Source of the DNA: Hemiscyllium ocellatum
Lineage: Eukaryota
Length of the DNA: 64,000 nucleotides
NCBI RefSeq assembly: GCF_020745735.1
Contig: NC_083415.1
Location: 8,883,731 to 8,947,730, forward strand
Direction: 5' to 3'
In this document: positions 1 through 12,511 of the stretch, piece by piece
Numbering within the stretch: position 1 is the first letter of the stretch
Layout: each line of letters opens with the position of its first letter
Made by a program: the position numbers and the translations under genes
The notes under the pieces: generated by a model
What the model was told of the DNA's origin: nothing
What the model saw: only the letters and a program-made list of their open reading frames with translations
The model's database searches: none

Positions 1-354
1 TAACTTGTGATTCAGCCAGAGTCTCTGATTACTTAAATCATCTCCCCCGGGCTAGTTCTGTGAGTTATCCAGGAAAAGTGATGAAACATTTACAGTGAGC
101 TGCTCATATGGAGTTTCTTCCCTTTTGTTGCTTGGCTGGTTTTCATCTTTTTTTGCTTCTCTCCTGGTTTGTTTATTCCCCAATCCATTTGTCCCTAACA
201 CAGTTAACCCTGTGGGGTCTGAAGTGATCAATGGGATAAAGGACTTTGGGTGAAGCATTCCAGTTCCTCTTTGAAGTCGCAGCATGTTTGAGGACTTTCA
301 CATCCTACAGAGTGGACGTTGGTTTCATTTGAAAGCTGACTTTCATCAAGCACA

Positions 355-445
355 ACTTGCTGAAGAAAGGTTGTTAACTCTGCTTTCTCTCCACGGATGC
401 TGCCAGACCTGCTGAATTTCTCCAGCAATTTCTGTTTTTGTTTCC
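355..445 (+). mobile_element. Decayed Penelope-type terminal repeat, third subfamily (another copy on minus strand at about 51177-51265)
   Basis: ctgaagaa...gttaactctgctttctctccacggatgctgccagacctgctgaatttctccagcaatttctg shares the gatgctgcc-gacctgctg-ttccagca block with family B. The reverse complement recurs at 51177-51265. Confidence 0.55.
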
Positions 446-2691
446 CTAGGCTCCAATGAGCTTTCAACTCATGACTTTTTCTGGATTTGGAGGCATGTGT
501 GCTACTGAAACACAGCTGCCACAGTGAAATCCTCCCATTGGCAATATGCCATACCAGTAACACAGGCATGGGCTCTTTGTTTGGAGAGATGGTGGGTGCT
601 GCGAGAGGGTTTGAGGCTCACAGTACAATGGGAGGGTTACTTTTGGTATGTAACTTGTAGCCAAAGATGATGCAGTTAAGATGGAAAATTACCACCTCAT
701 CATACAGTTTTCTTGAAACTCGAATCCCAACATTTTTTTAAAATCATGATACTGAGAGCTGAGTGCAATGTGTCCTAGATTCCAAACTTCAGTCCCCTTG
801 GCAGGAACTTTAATTGTGTCCCAGATTATAGCACATATCCTCACTCTTTAATGTGGCCTCAGAATTTTTGCCTATCTGCCATTTACCACCCATGGAAAGA
901 CCATTTTCCCTGCATTTTTAAAGAATGAGCAGACCACCAAACATCAGCTACTCATGGCCCCCCTCAGTCCGGCTCTTGGAGAAGTGATTCATGCTTTGGT
1001 TGCACATGCTTTCCATTGGACTCATTAACCTCCATGAAAAAGGATGATATTCAGCATCACTCCTTCAAGAGTCTGGCGTGGTGTGCTGCCTCCACCTCCC
1101 TATTTACTTTCAGCATCCTCATAATCTCCACAGACATTATTCATGAAAGACTGGGTTTTTTGATTTCTCATAGGAAATATGTAGGTTATAGACTGTTTTG
1201 AATAGCTGAATAATCAAACCTTTTATGTCTCTCATTCACGTTCTTTCTGAGCCTTGAGTTGACTGTCAGTTCAACCATGATTACACTTCAGCAAGTACTT
1301 TATTTGTTGTAAAGTGTCTTCAAGTTTGCCGTGCAAATGCAGAGTCTTCCATTTTTCTTTCAAAGGAATTTGGCCTAATTATTGTGAAAGGAAGGAATAT
1401 CAGTAGAAGCTGGGAAAGAGTAGGTTGAAGAGCTTGCCCAGAGAAGGTCACACTCGGTTGCACTGCAGTGCAAATATCCTACAGGAAGGCTGGAGCTGTC
1501 TAGCCGATAGCGAAATGGCCAGCTTCCAGCCAGTACCTCTCCATTGTGACACATTTTTCTGGAAACAGTTTGAACTGTCTTCAATTTTGCATTTTGGCTA
1601 TAGAAGGAATGTATGTGATGTATATTACACATTGTTGGTAATGATCTGCATTTTGTTGTAGTGAATAGGGAACCAAGCTGGTGAGGGATGAACTTTTGCC
1701 GTGGGGATCTTAATCAGCTTTCCAGGTCATAACGGGGTGACTTGTGTCCAGCTTGAACAATCCAACAGTATCGCTCCTACCTCAAGGGGGTGGTGTGTGT
1801 TCCCCACCCACCTCCAAAAGAACTCGTGTCTGTCTAGAAGACCATTCCTCACCCCTCCCCTGTGCCACATACCCTCCAGATTTGATGGAATGCTGGGAGG
1901 GGAAGCCATTCACACCATTACAGGCTTGTGTTTTGATACAGAAATTAATTTGGAATGCACTTGGAGGAGGGTGTGATTACAGGCGGAATGCTCAATCAGC
2001 AATCTTCAAGCTTTTGCTGTAGAACATCTTGCAAAAAATAATTTTTATTTTCTTTTGTTTCAGTTGGTCCATTTGTCAGGTCGATGCAGCTAATTTTACT
2101 GAAAATACAGCCTGGTACAACCTTAACTTCACCACCCGCCTCCCCCTCCCCCCACCACACACAGACAGACAGACAGACAGACACGCACACACCTCTGTAG
2201 GAGGCAGCTTGGTTTTCTATTTTAGAATGAATGCAACTGTTTAAATGTCATTCCGTACTGCATCATTTCTTTCTCCTTTCAAGATTTGTTAATTTTCCTA
2301 ATGCTTTGTTCACTCCTCTGAATAATTCAGATTGTCTGCCTGTGGAATGCGCCTTTTAAGATTCCAGGTGTGCTGTCAAATAGGAGGTTGAGGTACATCA
2401 TCAAAAAGAGAGATTGAGCACAAAGCAAAGATTTTGTAAATTTAGAGCGGTAGGATATGTATAAATGTGTGACACGTTTAAACCTCCGTGAACAACTTTG
2501 ACAGGTTCTGTTGGCAGGTTTGCACAATGGTGTGAGTGGCATGGAAAGAAGTGTTTACAAGCTTTCTCTGTCCCAGTTTCTGATTGATTAACAGACTGCA
2601 TTTTCTTCAAGACTGGCAGTGATATTTCTGGTTCCGATAAGGTGAGGATAAGCTGTGGTGAGGCTGAGGTGTGCTGGGCCGAGTGTGCATT

Positions 2692-3172
2692 TAGAGTCAT
2701 AGAGATGTACAGCATGGAAACAGACCCTTCGGTCCAACCCATCCATGCTGACCCGATATCCCAACACAGTCTAGTCCCACCTGCCAGCACCTGGCCCATA
2801 CCCCTCTAAACCCTTCCTATTCATATACCCATCCAGATGCTTTTTAAATGTTACAATTGTACCAGCCTCCTCCACTTCCTCTGGCAGCTCATTCTGTACA
2901 CATACCACCCTGTGCATGAAAAAGTTGTCCCATAGGTCCCTTGTTATATCCTAAACCTCACCCTAAACCTGTGCCCTCTAGTTCTGGACTCCTTGACCCC
3001 AGGGAAAAGACTTTGTCTATTTATCCGATCCATGCCCCCCATGATTTTATAAACCTCAGCCTCCGACGCTCCAGGGAAAACAGCCCCAGCCTGTTCAGCC
3101 TCTTCCCCATAGCTCAAATCCTCCAAACCTGGCAACATCCTTGTAAATCTTTTCTGAACTCTTTCCAGTTTG
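2692..3172 (-). mobile_element. CR1/HER1 LINE 3' fragment
   Basis: KLERVQKRFTRMLPGLEDLSY...SRTRGHRF, with the CTCTATGACTCTA tail. Confidence 0.9.
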
Positions 3173-3419
3173 GTTATCATGTAGGGAGAACAGGCAAATC
3201 CCTTGAATGGAGTTTCAATGGTCTGAGAGAGCTGACAGTGATTTCCATTAACATATGAAATTGTACCAAGGGGTGTACTATATGATTTGTCTGAGAAATG
3301 GAAAGAAGTTGGAACTTTTTGAGCAATTATTGAGATAACAATCATTGACCTAAACAGCTGTTGAGACCAACTGCAGGGATTTGGATAAATAGGCACTTTT
3401 GGAATGAATATCTGTCTGC

Positions 3420-5375
3420 TTTGGCTGAGCCCAGGTTCTGATGGACTTCATCATAGGGTCTTAAGAGATTGCTAGTCAGGTAGCTGATGTATTAGTGCTA
3501 ATCTTCCAAAATCTGCTTGATTCCAAAACTGATCCATCAGGTTGGAAAGTAAATGTAACACCTGTATTCAAGAAAGGAGGGAGGCAGGACACCATATACC
3601 AGTAGCCTGATGTCTGTCGTGGGGAAGGTGTTGCACTCCATTAAAGAGGTTCTATAGCTGGGCTTTTAGAGAAATTCAATGGAAGAGGCAATAGAGTTTT
3701 GTGAAACGGAAATTATGTTTGACCAATTTATTGTCGTTCTTTGAAGGATTAATGTGCACCATGGAGAAAGCAGAGGCCATTGATGTACTGTACATAAGTT
3801 TCCAGAAGGTATTTGACAAGATGCCCCACACACGTTTATGGCAGAAAGTAGAAACTTATTGTGTATGTGTAACACAGAGACATGGGTAGATGATGGGATG
3901 GCTGGCTGTCAAAATCAGAGTGTGCTTAAATTGGGTCTTTTTCAGATTGGCAGGATGTGACAAACAGAGCCCTGCAGGGGTCTGTGCTGGGGCCTGAGCT
4001 TTGGAACAATGACAATAAATGAAAAGAACAAAGGCCTGGTGGCTAAGATAGGAAAGAAAGTGTGTTGTGCAGTTGACATGGGGAAGTTGCTGACCGATAT
4101 AGTTGGATTAGCAAATGGGCAAAATTCTGGCGCACGGAAAATAATGTGGAAAATGTGAAATTGAATAAAAGTGCAGAACATTACTTAAAAGGAGACCAAT
4201 CTCAGAATTTCAAGATGGTGAAGAACCTAGGTATTCTAGTGCATATATCACAAAAGTAAATTGCTTGCATGCAAAGAAGTCTTTTTATTTTTTAAAATCA
4301 TTCCTGGGATGTGGGGTTCACTGGCTAGCCAATTGTTTATTGCTTGTGCCTAGTTGCCCTAGAGGGGTGGTGGTGAGCCGCCTCCTTGACCCACTGCAAT
4401 CAGTGTGCTGGAGCTAGACCCAAAGTGCTGTTCGGAAGGGGCTTCCGGGATTTTGACTCAGTGACAATGAAGGAAAGGTGATATATTTCCAAGTCATGAT
4501 AGTGTGTGTCTTGGAAAGGAACTTGCAGGTGGTGGTGTTCCCATATATTTGCTGCCCTTGTCCTTTTTGAAGTGACCATATTTCTGGGTTTGGAAGGTGC
4601 TGTGTAAGGAGCATTAGTGAATTTCTGCACTGCATCTTGTAGATGGTACACACTGCCTGTACCCGGACTGGAGCGAGTGAATGTTTGTGGAAGTATTATT
4701 AATTAAACGAGCTGCTCTCATCCTTGTATATCGGGAGTATTCCATCACACACTTGACTACTGTCAGGCTATCTTTTATTGAGAGGATTTGAATATAAAAA
4801 TATGGATGTTATTTCTTAGCTCTACAGGCCATTGGTAAGGCCACACCCTGAAGACTTTGTGCAATTTTTATCTCCTTATTTAAGGATGGAGTAAATGTGT
4901 TGGACTTGGTTCAGAGCACCTTTAATAGATTGATGGTAACAATGAGCAAGTTGTCTTATGCGGAAAGCTTGGACAGATTGGGTTTGCCTCTGCTGGAGTT
5001 TAGACGAGTGAGGAATGACCTGATTGAAATGTATGAGATTCTGAACGATCTTCACAAAATGGATGTGGAAAAATGTTCTTCTGGGTGAGCCCCGAACTGA
5101 GGAGTCATTGATGAAAAATTAGATGTTGCTGTCTTCAGTCAGAGATAAAAACTATCATTTTCCTCTGAGGGTTGAGACCAGTGCTAGAAAGTGGAATATT
5201 GAAATTTTTTTTAAGGCAGCTGTAGACAGAACTGAGTTCAGCAAGGGGATTAAAGATTATTGGGAGTAGATGGGCCTGTGGAATTCAAAGAGCTAGTAGG
5301 TCAGCTGTGATCTTATTGAATGGCAGAGCAGGCTCCACATGCCAAATGGTCCACTTATACTAACCTGTATGTTCA
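3420..5375 (+). mobile_element. Old, highly diverged CR1 LINE ORF2/3' remnant, split by another LINE at about 4295-4760
   Basis: CLTNLLSFFE..DVLYISFQKVFDKMPH (3701-3889) and LSYAESLDRLGL..RRVRNDLIEMYEIL (4897-5088). Confidence 0.8.
4295..4760 (-). mobile_element. 3' end of a second LINE family (CR1/L2 group)
   Basis: CTIYKMQCRNS..QHLPNP / RTRAANIWEHHHLQVP. The same family occurs on + at about 56420-56710, and a probable RT-region piece on - at about 58620-59000. Confidence 0.75.
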
Positions 5376-5394
5376 TAGCACACTATCCTCCAAA

Positions 5395-5700
5395 CATCAA
5401 GGTCCTGGTCTCAAGTCTAATTCTAAAACCCCCCTGGGCAGAAAAGGCTGGCATTGCATTGCGTTGCGTTGCAGTGCAGTGCTGAGGGAGCACTGCACTT
5501 TTGGAGGTGCTGTCTTTCAGATGAGATGTTAAACTGAGGAGACAGGTAGACATCTGACTGTTCAGGCTGATCCCATGGCATGATTTTGAAGAAGAGGTTA
5601 GTTCTCTCTGGTGTTCTGACTAATAAATGGTCATGGTCGCATTGTTAACTGCATTTTGTAGCAAGATATGTTTGCAGAATACAGGTTGTGTGATCCCCAC
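5395..5700 (+). mobile_element. Ancient Deu-domain SINE relic (SacSINE1/AmnSINE-like); further relics at about 10900-11130, 15050-15410, 33500-33790, 49050-49350, 56900-57150
   Basis: ggtgctgtctttcagatgagatgttaaactgagg...gatcccatggcatgattttgaagaagag..ttctctctggtgttctg resembles the DeuSINE central domain as recalled. Confidence 0.6.
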
Positions 5701-7822
5701 ACTACCAAAGTAGAAGGGGGAAGATTCAAGAAAAGTAACAGAAAATGAGATTTGAAATTAACGGAGCTAATTGTAGAGCTAGCCATAACACAAGAGACAG
5801 AACACCTTGCTGGAGTGGTTATCAGGATGGGGAGGGGATTATTACATTGTCACCACACATTCATCCATGCACTCTCTCGATCATTCAATCTCCAGACTAG
5901 TAAATACACTCCAAGACACTTGCTGTCTGGTGGGATAGAGAGAGGTGGAACCCTTGGACAGCTTTAACATAAAGCTTCTGCTGCCATGACAAAAGTGCTC
6001 CCCACTTAATCAGCTGCTCCAACGTTAACTAGAAACTGTCTGTACTGATGAGCGATTTGGGAATTGGCAGCACTTTGAGAAAGAGAGTGTTTTGCTTTGG
6101 CGAGCAATAGGGGCAGTTACTGAGCCGACTGTGTTTTTACAAGCACCCGAGTTGAGCATCTGTGTCGCTTCTAGTGCCTCTGATTTTCATGTTATTTCAG
6201 CTGGGAATTGTTGTTTCTTAAATCTAGCAGAGCTTCAAAGTTGTAAAACTTGCTTCTCACATCACTGGCCCTTTTTGACAAGTAGATGTGGCACCATTTT
6301 GGCACTGAGTTACACAGACTGCAAAACCCAGGTTTCATTCCTTGTTCTCAGCTGGGGTGACAGTGTTAAAACAGGGCAGGAGAGGGGAGAAGATCTTGCT
6401 GTGTTAAATGTCCTGTGACCAGGACATCTGGTGATCCTTGACTTAACCATTAGAAAGGGTAAAATCAGCTTTCCTTTCAGAAGGCATACCTGAAATTGAG
6501 AACATGTGGGAGTGCAATGTGTAGAAGGAAGTCACGTGACCTATCAGGGCTATACTGGCTCAGTTCTAGCCCTACTTAGAACCTATCGCAGAGCTCTGAA
6601 TTTTCTTTTCAAAAAATATCTAATTTTGCTCCACAAGTCACTGTCAACATTCACGTCGTGCATTCCAGATCACTGAAATGAGCAATTATTTTGAAATGGT
6701 GCATGCTCTCTCTCTGCTTCCACTTTGCAATCATTTTGGCAATTATTTCAAAAATGTTGCCTTTACACCTGCTACATGAAAGTTCACTCGAGGAGCTTGT
6801 CCCATTCCTAACTGTTCTTTCTGTTTTGTTATAAAAGTTTCTTACTCCCAAATGAGTGAAGATATCAAGGACTGGCTCCACAATGATCAGAAGTTAATGT
6901 TCCAGTATATATAAAAAAAAGGGGTGGGGGAGGGGGTGGAAATGTCATTGGATTGGGGAGCAGAAATTGCAGCAGTAATGTATGTGGTGTGAACTGATGT
7001 GAAACATTAAGCTGCTTAAATGTATTGTCTTTTTTGCGAATCCTGTGTTGACTCCCTTCTATCTCTGGTACATCACTTTCCTGGTCTTGTGTGGTGAGAG
7101 TGTATCATTGTAGAATAAGGATTCCCTGAGTGTGCTCTCGGGCTGCTTTGGAGGATAAGATGCCCTTCCACAGATGCTTAGCTTTGCATTGTTTAAGCAT
7201 TAATGTGTTTCTGAGTTCTTGATCTCTGCTTTCCAGTATTCCTACCATCTTCAGGCTTGTAAATTCTGACCTTTAATAGACTCTTCCCAATGATCTATAT
7301 CTTGGCTGTCTCTACTAGCTCTCGCTATCTTTGCATTGGATTTAAGCTTTTTAATGTTGTTGAAGCTTTTTTCTGGGAATGCATTTAACTGATTGCATGG
7401 CTTTATGAGCTAACTTTGCAGGTATTGTGTGTAGGTGGCTTCCAAGATCACTAATTGGGTAATACTTTGTTGACTTTGACCATCGCCCACACACAATTAA
7501 ACACATTTTGCCTAATTGCCACAGGTTAATTCTCCAAACCTTCACATTTTAAGCAAGCTGCATCTTGTTGCGCTATGTGGATTTCAGATCCAGTGTGAAG
7601 GTTAGCTTCTGGAGTGTGCTTCTGTGTTTGCAACGATGTAAGTCAAATGTAAGCTTCTGGTCTCTCTTCCCTCCAACCCCCCACCCTCAACACCCCCCCC
7701 CCCCCCCCCCCACCCCCCCGCCAAATCTCCCTTTAAGATCTTCTACAACCCGGTAATGTTGACAAAGCTTTTGGTGAACTGTCTTTATATCTCTGTTCTG
7801 TGGCTTGGTGTTGCTTTTTCTA

Positions 7823-8505
7823 AGTCATAGAGATGTACAGCACAGAAACAGACCCTTGGTCCAACCTGTCCATACTGGCCAGATATTCCAACGTAAATCT
7901 AGTCCCACCTACCAGCACGCAACCCATATCCCTCCAAACCCTTCCTATTCATATACCCATCCAGGTGCCTTTTTAAATGTTGCAATTGTACCAGCCTCCT
8001 CCACTTCCTCTGGCAGCTCATTCCATACACGTACCACCCTCTGTGTGAAAACGTTGTCCCTTAGGTTTAGGGTGAGAGGGGAAAGATATAAAAGAAGCCT
8101 ATGTCCTCCTATTCTGGACTCCCCCCTTCTCCCCGACCCCAGGGAAAAGACTTTGCCTATTTCTCCTATCCATGCCCCTCATGATTTTCTAAACCTGAGG
8201 TTGCCCCTCAGTCTCCAATGCTCCAGAGAAAACAGCCCCAGCCTGTTCAGCCTCTCCCTATAGCTCAAATCCTCCAACCCTGGCAACATCCTTATTAATC
8301 TTTTCTGAATTCTTTCCAGTTTCACAACATCCTTCTGATAGGAGGGAGACCAGAATTGCACGCAATATTCCAACAGTGGCCAACAATGTCCAGCTGCAAC
8401 ATGACCTCCCAATTCCTGTACTCAATACTCTGACCAATAAAGGAAAGCAAACCAAATGCCACCTTCACTATCCTATCTACCTGTGACTCTACTTTCAAGG
8501 AGTCC
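7823..8505 (-). mobile_element. CR1/HER1 LINE 3' fragment (contains a 32-bp micro-inversion)
   Basis: Same family as 16787-18695; LLEYCVQFWSP...LERIQKR. Confidence 0.9.
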
Positions 8506-9111
8506 CCGTGAAACACATTAAGGAGTTTGTGATGTTAAGCATGTGATATATTGCTGGGGCCTATTTCTGGAGTTTTATTTTTAATATCTGAAACAGGACT
8601 ATTGTGGGACAGTAGTAGTGCCCTCTGCTCTGAGCTAGCTGGATCTGGGGTCAAGACCTCCACTCTAATATCTGTGTCATTAACACGTGTGAACAGGGTG
8701 ATTTAAAAATATCTATAAGTGAAGTTGGTTGGTTTAGTAAAGCGTTTCGGAGTGGTTCAGGGTCACACCTTCCCTGAAAGCAGAGGTGTAGGACTTCCAT
8801 CGATGTGAGCTATAATAACCTGGCTGAGGCATATACAAGTGAACAGAGGTTGCAGTCTGTCTGGTTTGTTCTTGTGCACTGAAGGGTGCTTTCTGCACAG
8901 CACCTCTGAGTGCCCCCCCCCCCCTTACAAACAAAATAAAACCGCGGTGGCTACATCACTGCGAAGGCAGGTCACTCTGCGTCAGACTTCAAGAGACGAA
9001 TACAGCAATCCTTTTTACAAAAAGCACCTTTTGAAGCTTTTGCAGCTGAAACAGCATAAATACGGCCCCTGCATAGAATGAGAAAACTGAGCTGCTGAGT
9101 ACTTCGGCTGC

Positions 9112-9134
9112 CCTTTGTTACAACTGTCTAGACA
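9112..9134. promoter_or_regulatory. Candidate TCF/LEF plus Smad composite element
   Basis: CCTTTGTT (9112-9119) lies 5 bp from the perfect palindrome TGTCTAGACA (9125-9134). Confidence 0.4.
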
Positions 9135-9652
9135 TGATGCAGGCTCTGTCTTTCTCTGTGATTGTTGATTAGTTAGTTGAAAAGGAAATCCAGTCGATTC
9201 CACACATTGATATTCTCTCTGCCTGTGTGCTCTTATGTCTCTCTGTGTTTGCCTCTCTCTGTCTGTATGTGACCATCTCTTGTTGTGTTTGACATCTAGA
9301 AAGGAAAACATGAATTTGCTTTTGTGAGATTTATAGATAAAAAAAAATTACCTGTAGCAGCAATTTACTGCAGTCTGAGCTTGGGATATATGCAAACATC
9401 GAGTTTGGATTTTAATTGTGGTATTTGCTGGGAAGGACAATGGAAGGTCAAGCTTAGATGAAACAAGACAGAATGACTGAGGAAAAGCTGTCATCTAGTC
9501 TGACTAAAAGTGGCATTTTTCTTTCACTCCTAGTATTTTTACTGTGTCCATTGTCTGATTTTCATCCATTTGCTTAGGGATTACTTTTTAAAATCTTAAA
9601 TGTGGAGCAGACACTCCAAGTCCTGGCCTTCAGTTGGCTATGTTGTAGTTTA

Positions 9653-9770
9653 GGAGAAAGTGAAGACTGCAGATGCTGGAGATAGAGCTGAAAATGTGTT
9701 GCTGGAAAAGCACAGCAGGTCAGGCAGCATCCAAGGAGCATCAATGTTTCAGGCATGAGCCCTTCAGGAA
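9653..9770 (-). mobile_element. Solo family-B Penelope terminal repeat (hammerhead core partly deleted)
   Basis: Same sequence family as the 19530 and 52129 elements. Direct repeat TATGTTGTAGTTTA at 9639-9652 and 9778-9791. Confidence 0.8.
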
Positions 9771-11257
9771 GTTGTAGTATGTTGTAGTTTATTACAGTGA
9801 CTACAGCTGGCTAGAGCCCATTATTTCTCCTCCACTCTCTATTGGTGCCGAAAGCAGTCCAGTCACCCAGCTATCCAGCTGAGATTAAGTTCTGGTGTGA
9901 GAGTGTGTGCTGTCTGTGTACCAGCAGTAAGTCATAGTGCCCTTGACCATCTTGGAAGTTGAGCACCAGAGGAGAGGATGGAAATCCAGATGCCCATTTA
10001 CTGCATGACAACAAAGAATGAGGATCGTTTGCGGTCAGGAATGGCTTAATCATTCAGGAGAGGTAGGGTGAGGAAAGCATGTAGGCGCGCTGCTTGAACA
10101 ATGTGTATATAGTTGAGGCAGACTTCGGGGGGAAATACTGGGCCAGAGATTGGAAGACACAAACTGAACCTGTGTTTCCATTGTCTACGCTCAGCTGCTG
10201 TCATCTTGTGTAGACGTATAGTGATCGAATGCAGCGAGAACTTGTTGGGTACACACCCTGTGATGGGTGCATACTGCTGCATTGGGCACATCCTGCCCAG
10301 ATCAGTTGCCTACTGCTTCTGCTTCCTTGTCCTTGCGTTGACCCTACTCAACCTCTGCGCTCCATGCATCAGGCAATTGCCCAGTAGCGAGAGTTTATTT
10401 CAAAGAGCTCTTTCAAAGTGGAGAGTTAGGCAACAAGGGACATTGCTGACAATTCACTGAGAGAGGGTGAAACCTATTTTTACACCACTCCTCCTGCTGC
10501 CAATGCACTCCTGCAGGCACTATGCCAGTGGAACTAACGCTTATCTGCCAGGGTTCATTTGCAGCCCAGCCACTTGCTTGTCTTGAGGTTAGAGGCTGCA
10601 TGATGATCTCTCTGCAGGGATGTACACTGACATGCAGATATAACAGGCGGCAGAATTTTCAGCAAGGCAGAGTCATTGAGCTGCTTCTGAATGTTATCTT
10701 ACTCAGAAACGGAGTGTGAGAGGGGAGTAAAGGTTTGCGTTTCTGTATATCCAATCACAAGTTCAGGATGTTGCAAAGTACTCTCCTAGTAAAGCTCCAT
10801 GCTGTGATGTACGCCTGGCCTGCTGTGTTTTTGCAGCATCCTGCTTGTCTACTTTTGGATTCCAGCATCTGCAGTTTCTTTTGTCTCTAACCAAGTGATT
10901 TAGGAGATGGCACAAACCAATTTGCACACAGCAAAGTCCTACAAATAGCAGCGAGTTAATAACTAGATTTCCAGTTTTTGTGAAGTTGATTAGGTGGTAA
11001 GTACTGGCCAGAGTACCTGGAAGGAACTCCTGTTCTGCTTTGAAATAATTGGATCATTTACATTTACCTGAGAGGGCAAACAGGGGTGGGGTTAACAGCC
11101 AATGCAGTAGCCCCTCAGTACGTACTTGGAGCTTGAATTATGGTGGTCACTATTAGAATGCACTACACTAATATTAATGTAGTAACATTTGAGAGAATAA
11201 TTCTTCATTCTTTTGATTAGAGACTCAATTGCGGACCAAAGTGAGTGAAAATATTTA

Positions 11258-11429
11258 CAGAACAACCTCTGTTATCCGAATTTCGGGTTATCTGAACAAG
11301 ATCTCGAGGTCCTGTGAATTGTAATGAGCTCTATATAAAACCACCCAGAGACATTTACCCACAATCACACTCAGGACATCCATCAGGATGAAAACAATTC
11401 TTTTGCAATCGCACATTAATAACAGCAAA

Positions 11430-11483
<54 letters not shown>

Positions 11484-11996
11484 TCCAGTTCTTCTTGCAT
11501 CTTAAATACCTGTCCCGATCTGCATTGCTACATGGACTAATGTTGGATATTTTCCCCCCCTGGTCGCTTGTGCTCATCTTCCCCCATCCCCGCCCCCTTC
11601 CTCTCTGTCCTCCTCTCTGTCCCCCTCGCTACCAGTCATTTCATCAGGAGAGTGTGGCCGGGGCTGAAATTCACTCGTTGCCCCTGAATGGGAGCTGCTT
11701 TATCCTCACGAGTGGAACCCACTCCCTTTGTCCTGTACCTCTGCACGCGCGCACACAACTGCATGAGTGAATTAATGAACCTTTAGTTTGCACTTGACCC
11801 AATCCATAATGTTGAGGGGGTGAAAGGCTGCTCAGGAGTTGGCATGAATACAGGATGCTCCTGAGTGGACAGGAAGTTCAGTTCAAATGTTCAATATGGC
11901 TTCCTTTGTTTGGATAACAGACCTGACAGTAAAACAATCCGTTATCCGAACAAAATACTCCCTGCCCATCTCCTTCGGATAAATGAGGTTGTTCTG
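11258..11996. mobile_element. Non-autonomous DNA transposon (MITE), Tc1/mariner-pogo/Tigger type
   Basis: 23-bp TIRs CAGAACAACCTCTGTTATCCGAA (11258-11280) and TTCGGATAAATGAGGTTGTTCTG (11974-11996) with 2 mismatches. TA on the left, TG on the right. Sub-terminal GTTATCYGAA repeats at 11287 and 11941. Confidence 0.8.
11432..11481. repeat. (CA)n microsatellite, about 25 units, inside the MITE
   Basis: Direct reading. Confidence 0.95.
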
Positions 11997-12471
11997 TGTT
12001 CACTATTATGCGTCTCAACTTCCTCAAGTCTCTGACGTGGAGTATGAGTTCATAGCTTTATGCCTCAAAGTCATAACCATTAAACTGTGACTGACTTGAC
12101 TGACTGGAATCTTCCTCATCTGAAACATTTCCCAGTTGACTGCCTTGCCTACTCCATGATTAAAGACCCCATGATGGAGGGCACCAACATCACAACATTA
12201 TGCAGGGTGGGGTCTGTACTTTAGATGAGTGGGAAGTAGTTCTGAAGAAGAGCACAGAGTAGAGACTGTTCTGGCATGAATCTGGTTAAAATAAATATTA
12301 CTTTAATACAGTCAGAGATGTACAGCACGGAAACAGATCCTTCAGTCCAACTCGTCCATACCGACCAGATATCCCAACACAAATCTAGTCCCACCTGCCA
12401 GCAACCGGCCCATATCCATCCAAACCCTTCCTATTGTTGTGGTTCTGTTCGCCGAGCTGGGAATTTGTGTT

Positions 12472-12511
12472 GCAGACGTTTCGTCCCCTGTCTAGGTGAC
12501 ATCCTCAGTGC
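12472..12511 (-). ncRNA. Minimal type-I hammerhead ribozyme motif in Penelope terminal repeat
   Basis: Minus strand reads GCA CUGAGGA U GUCACCU-AGAC-AGGGGAC GAAA CGUC UGC: core boxes, stem II, palindromic ACGU stem III, GUC triplet and 3-bp stem I (GCA/UGC). Confidence 0.8.
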
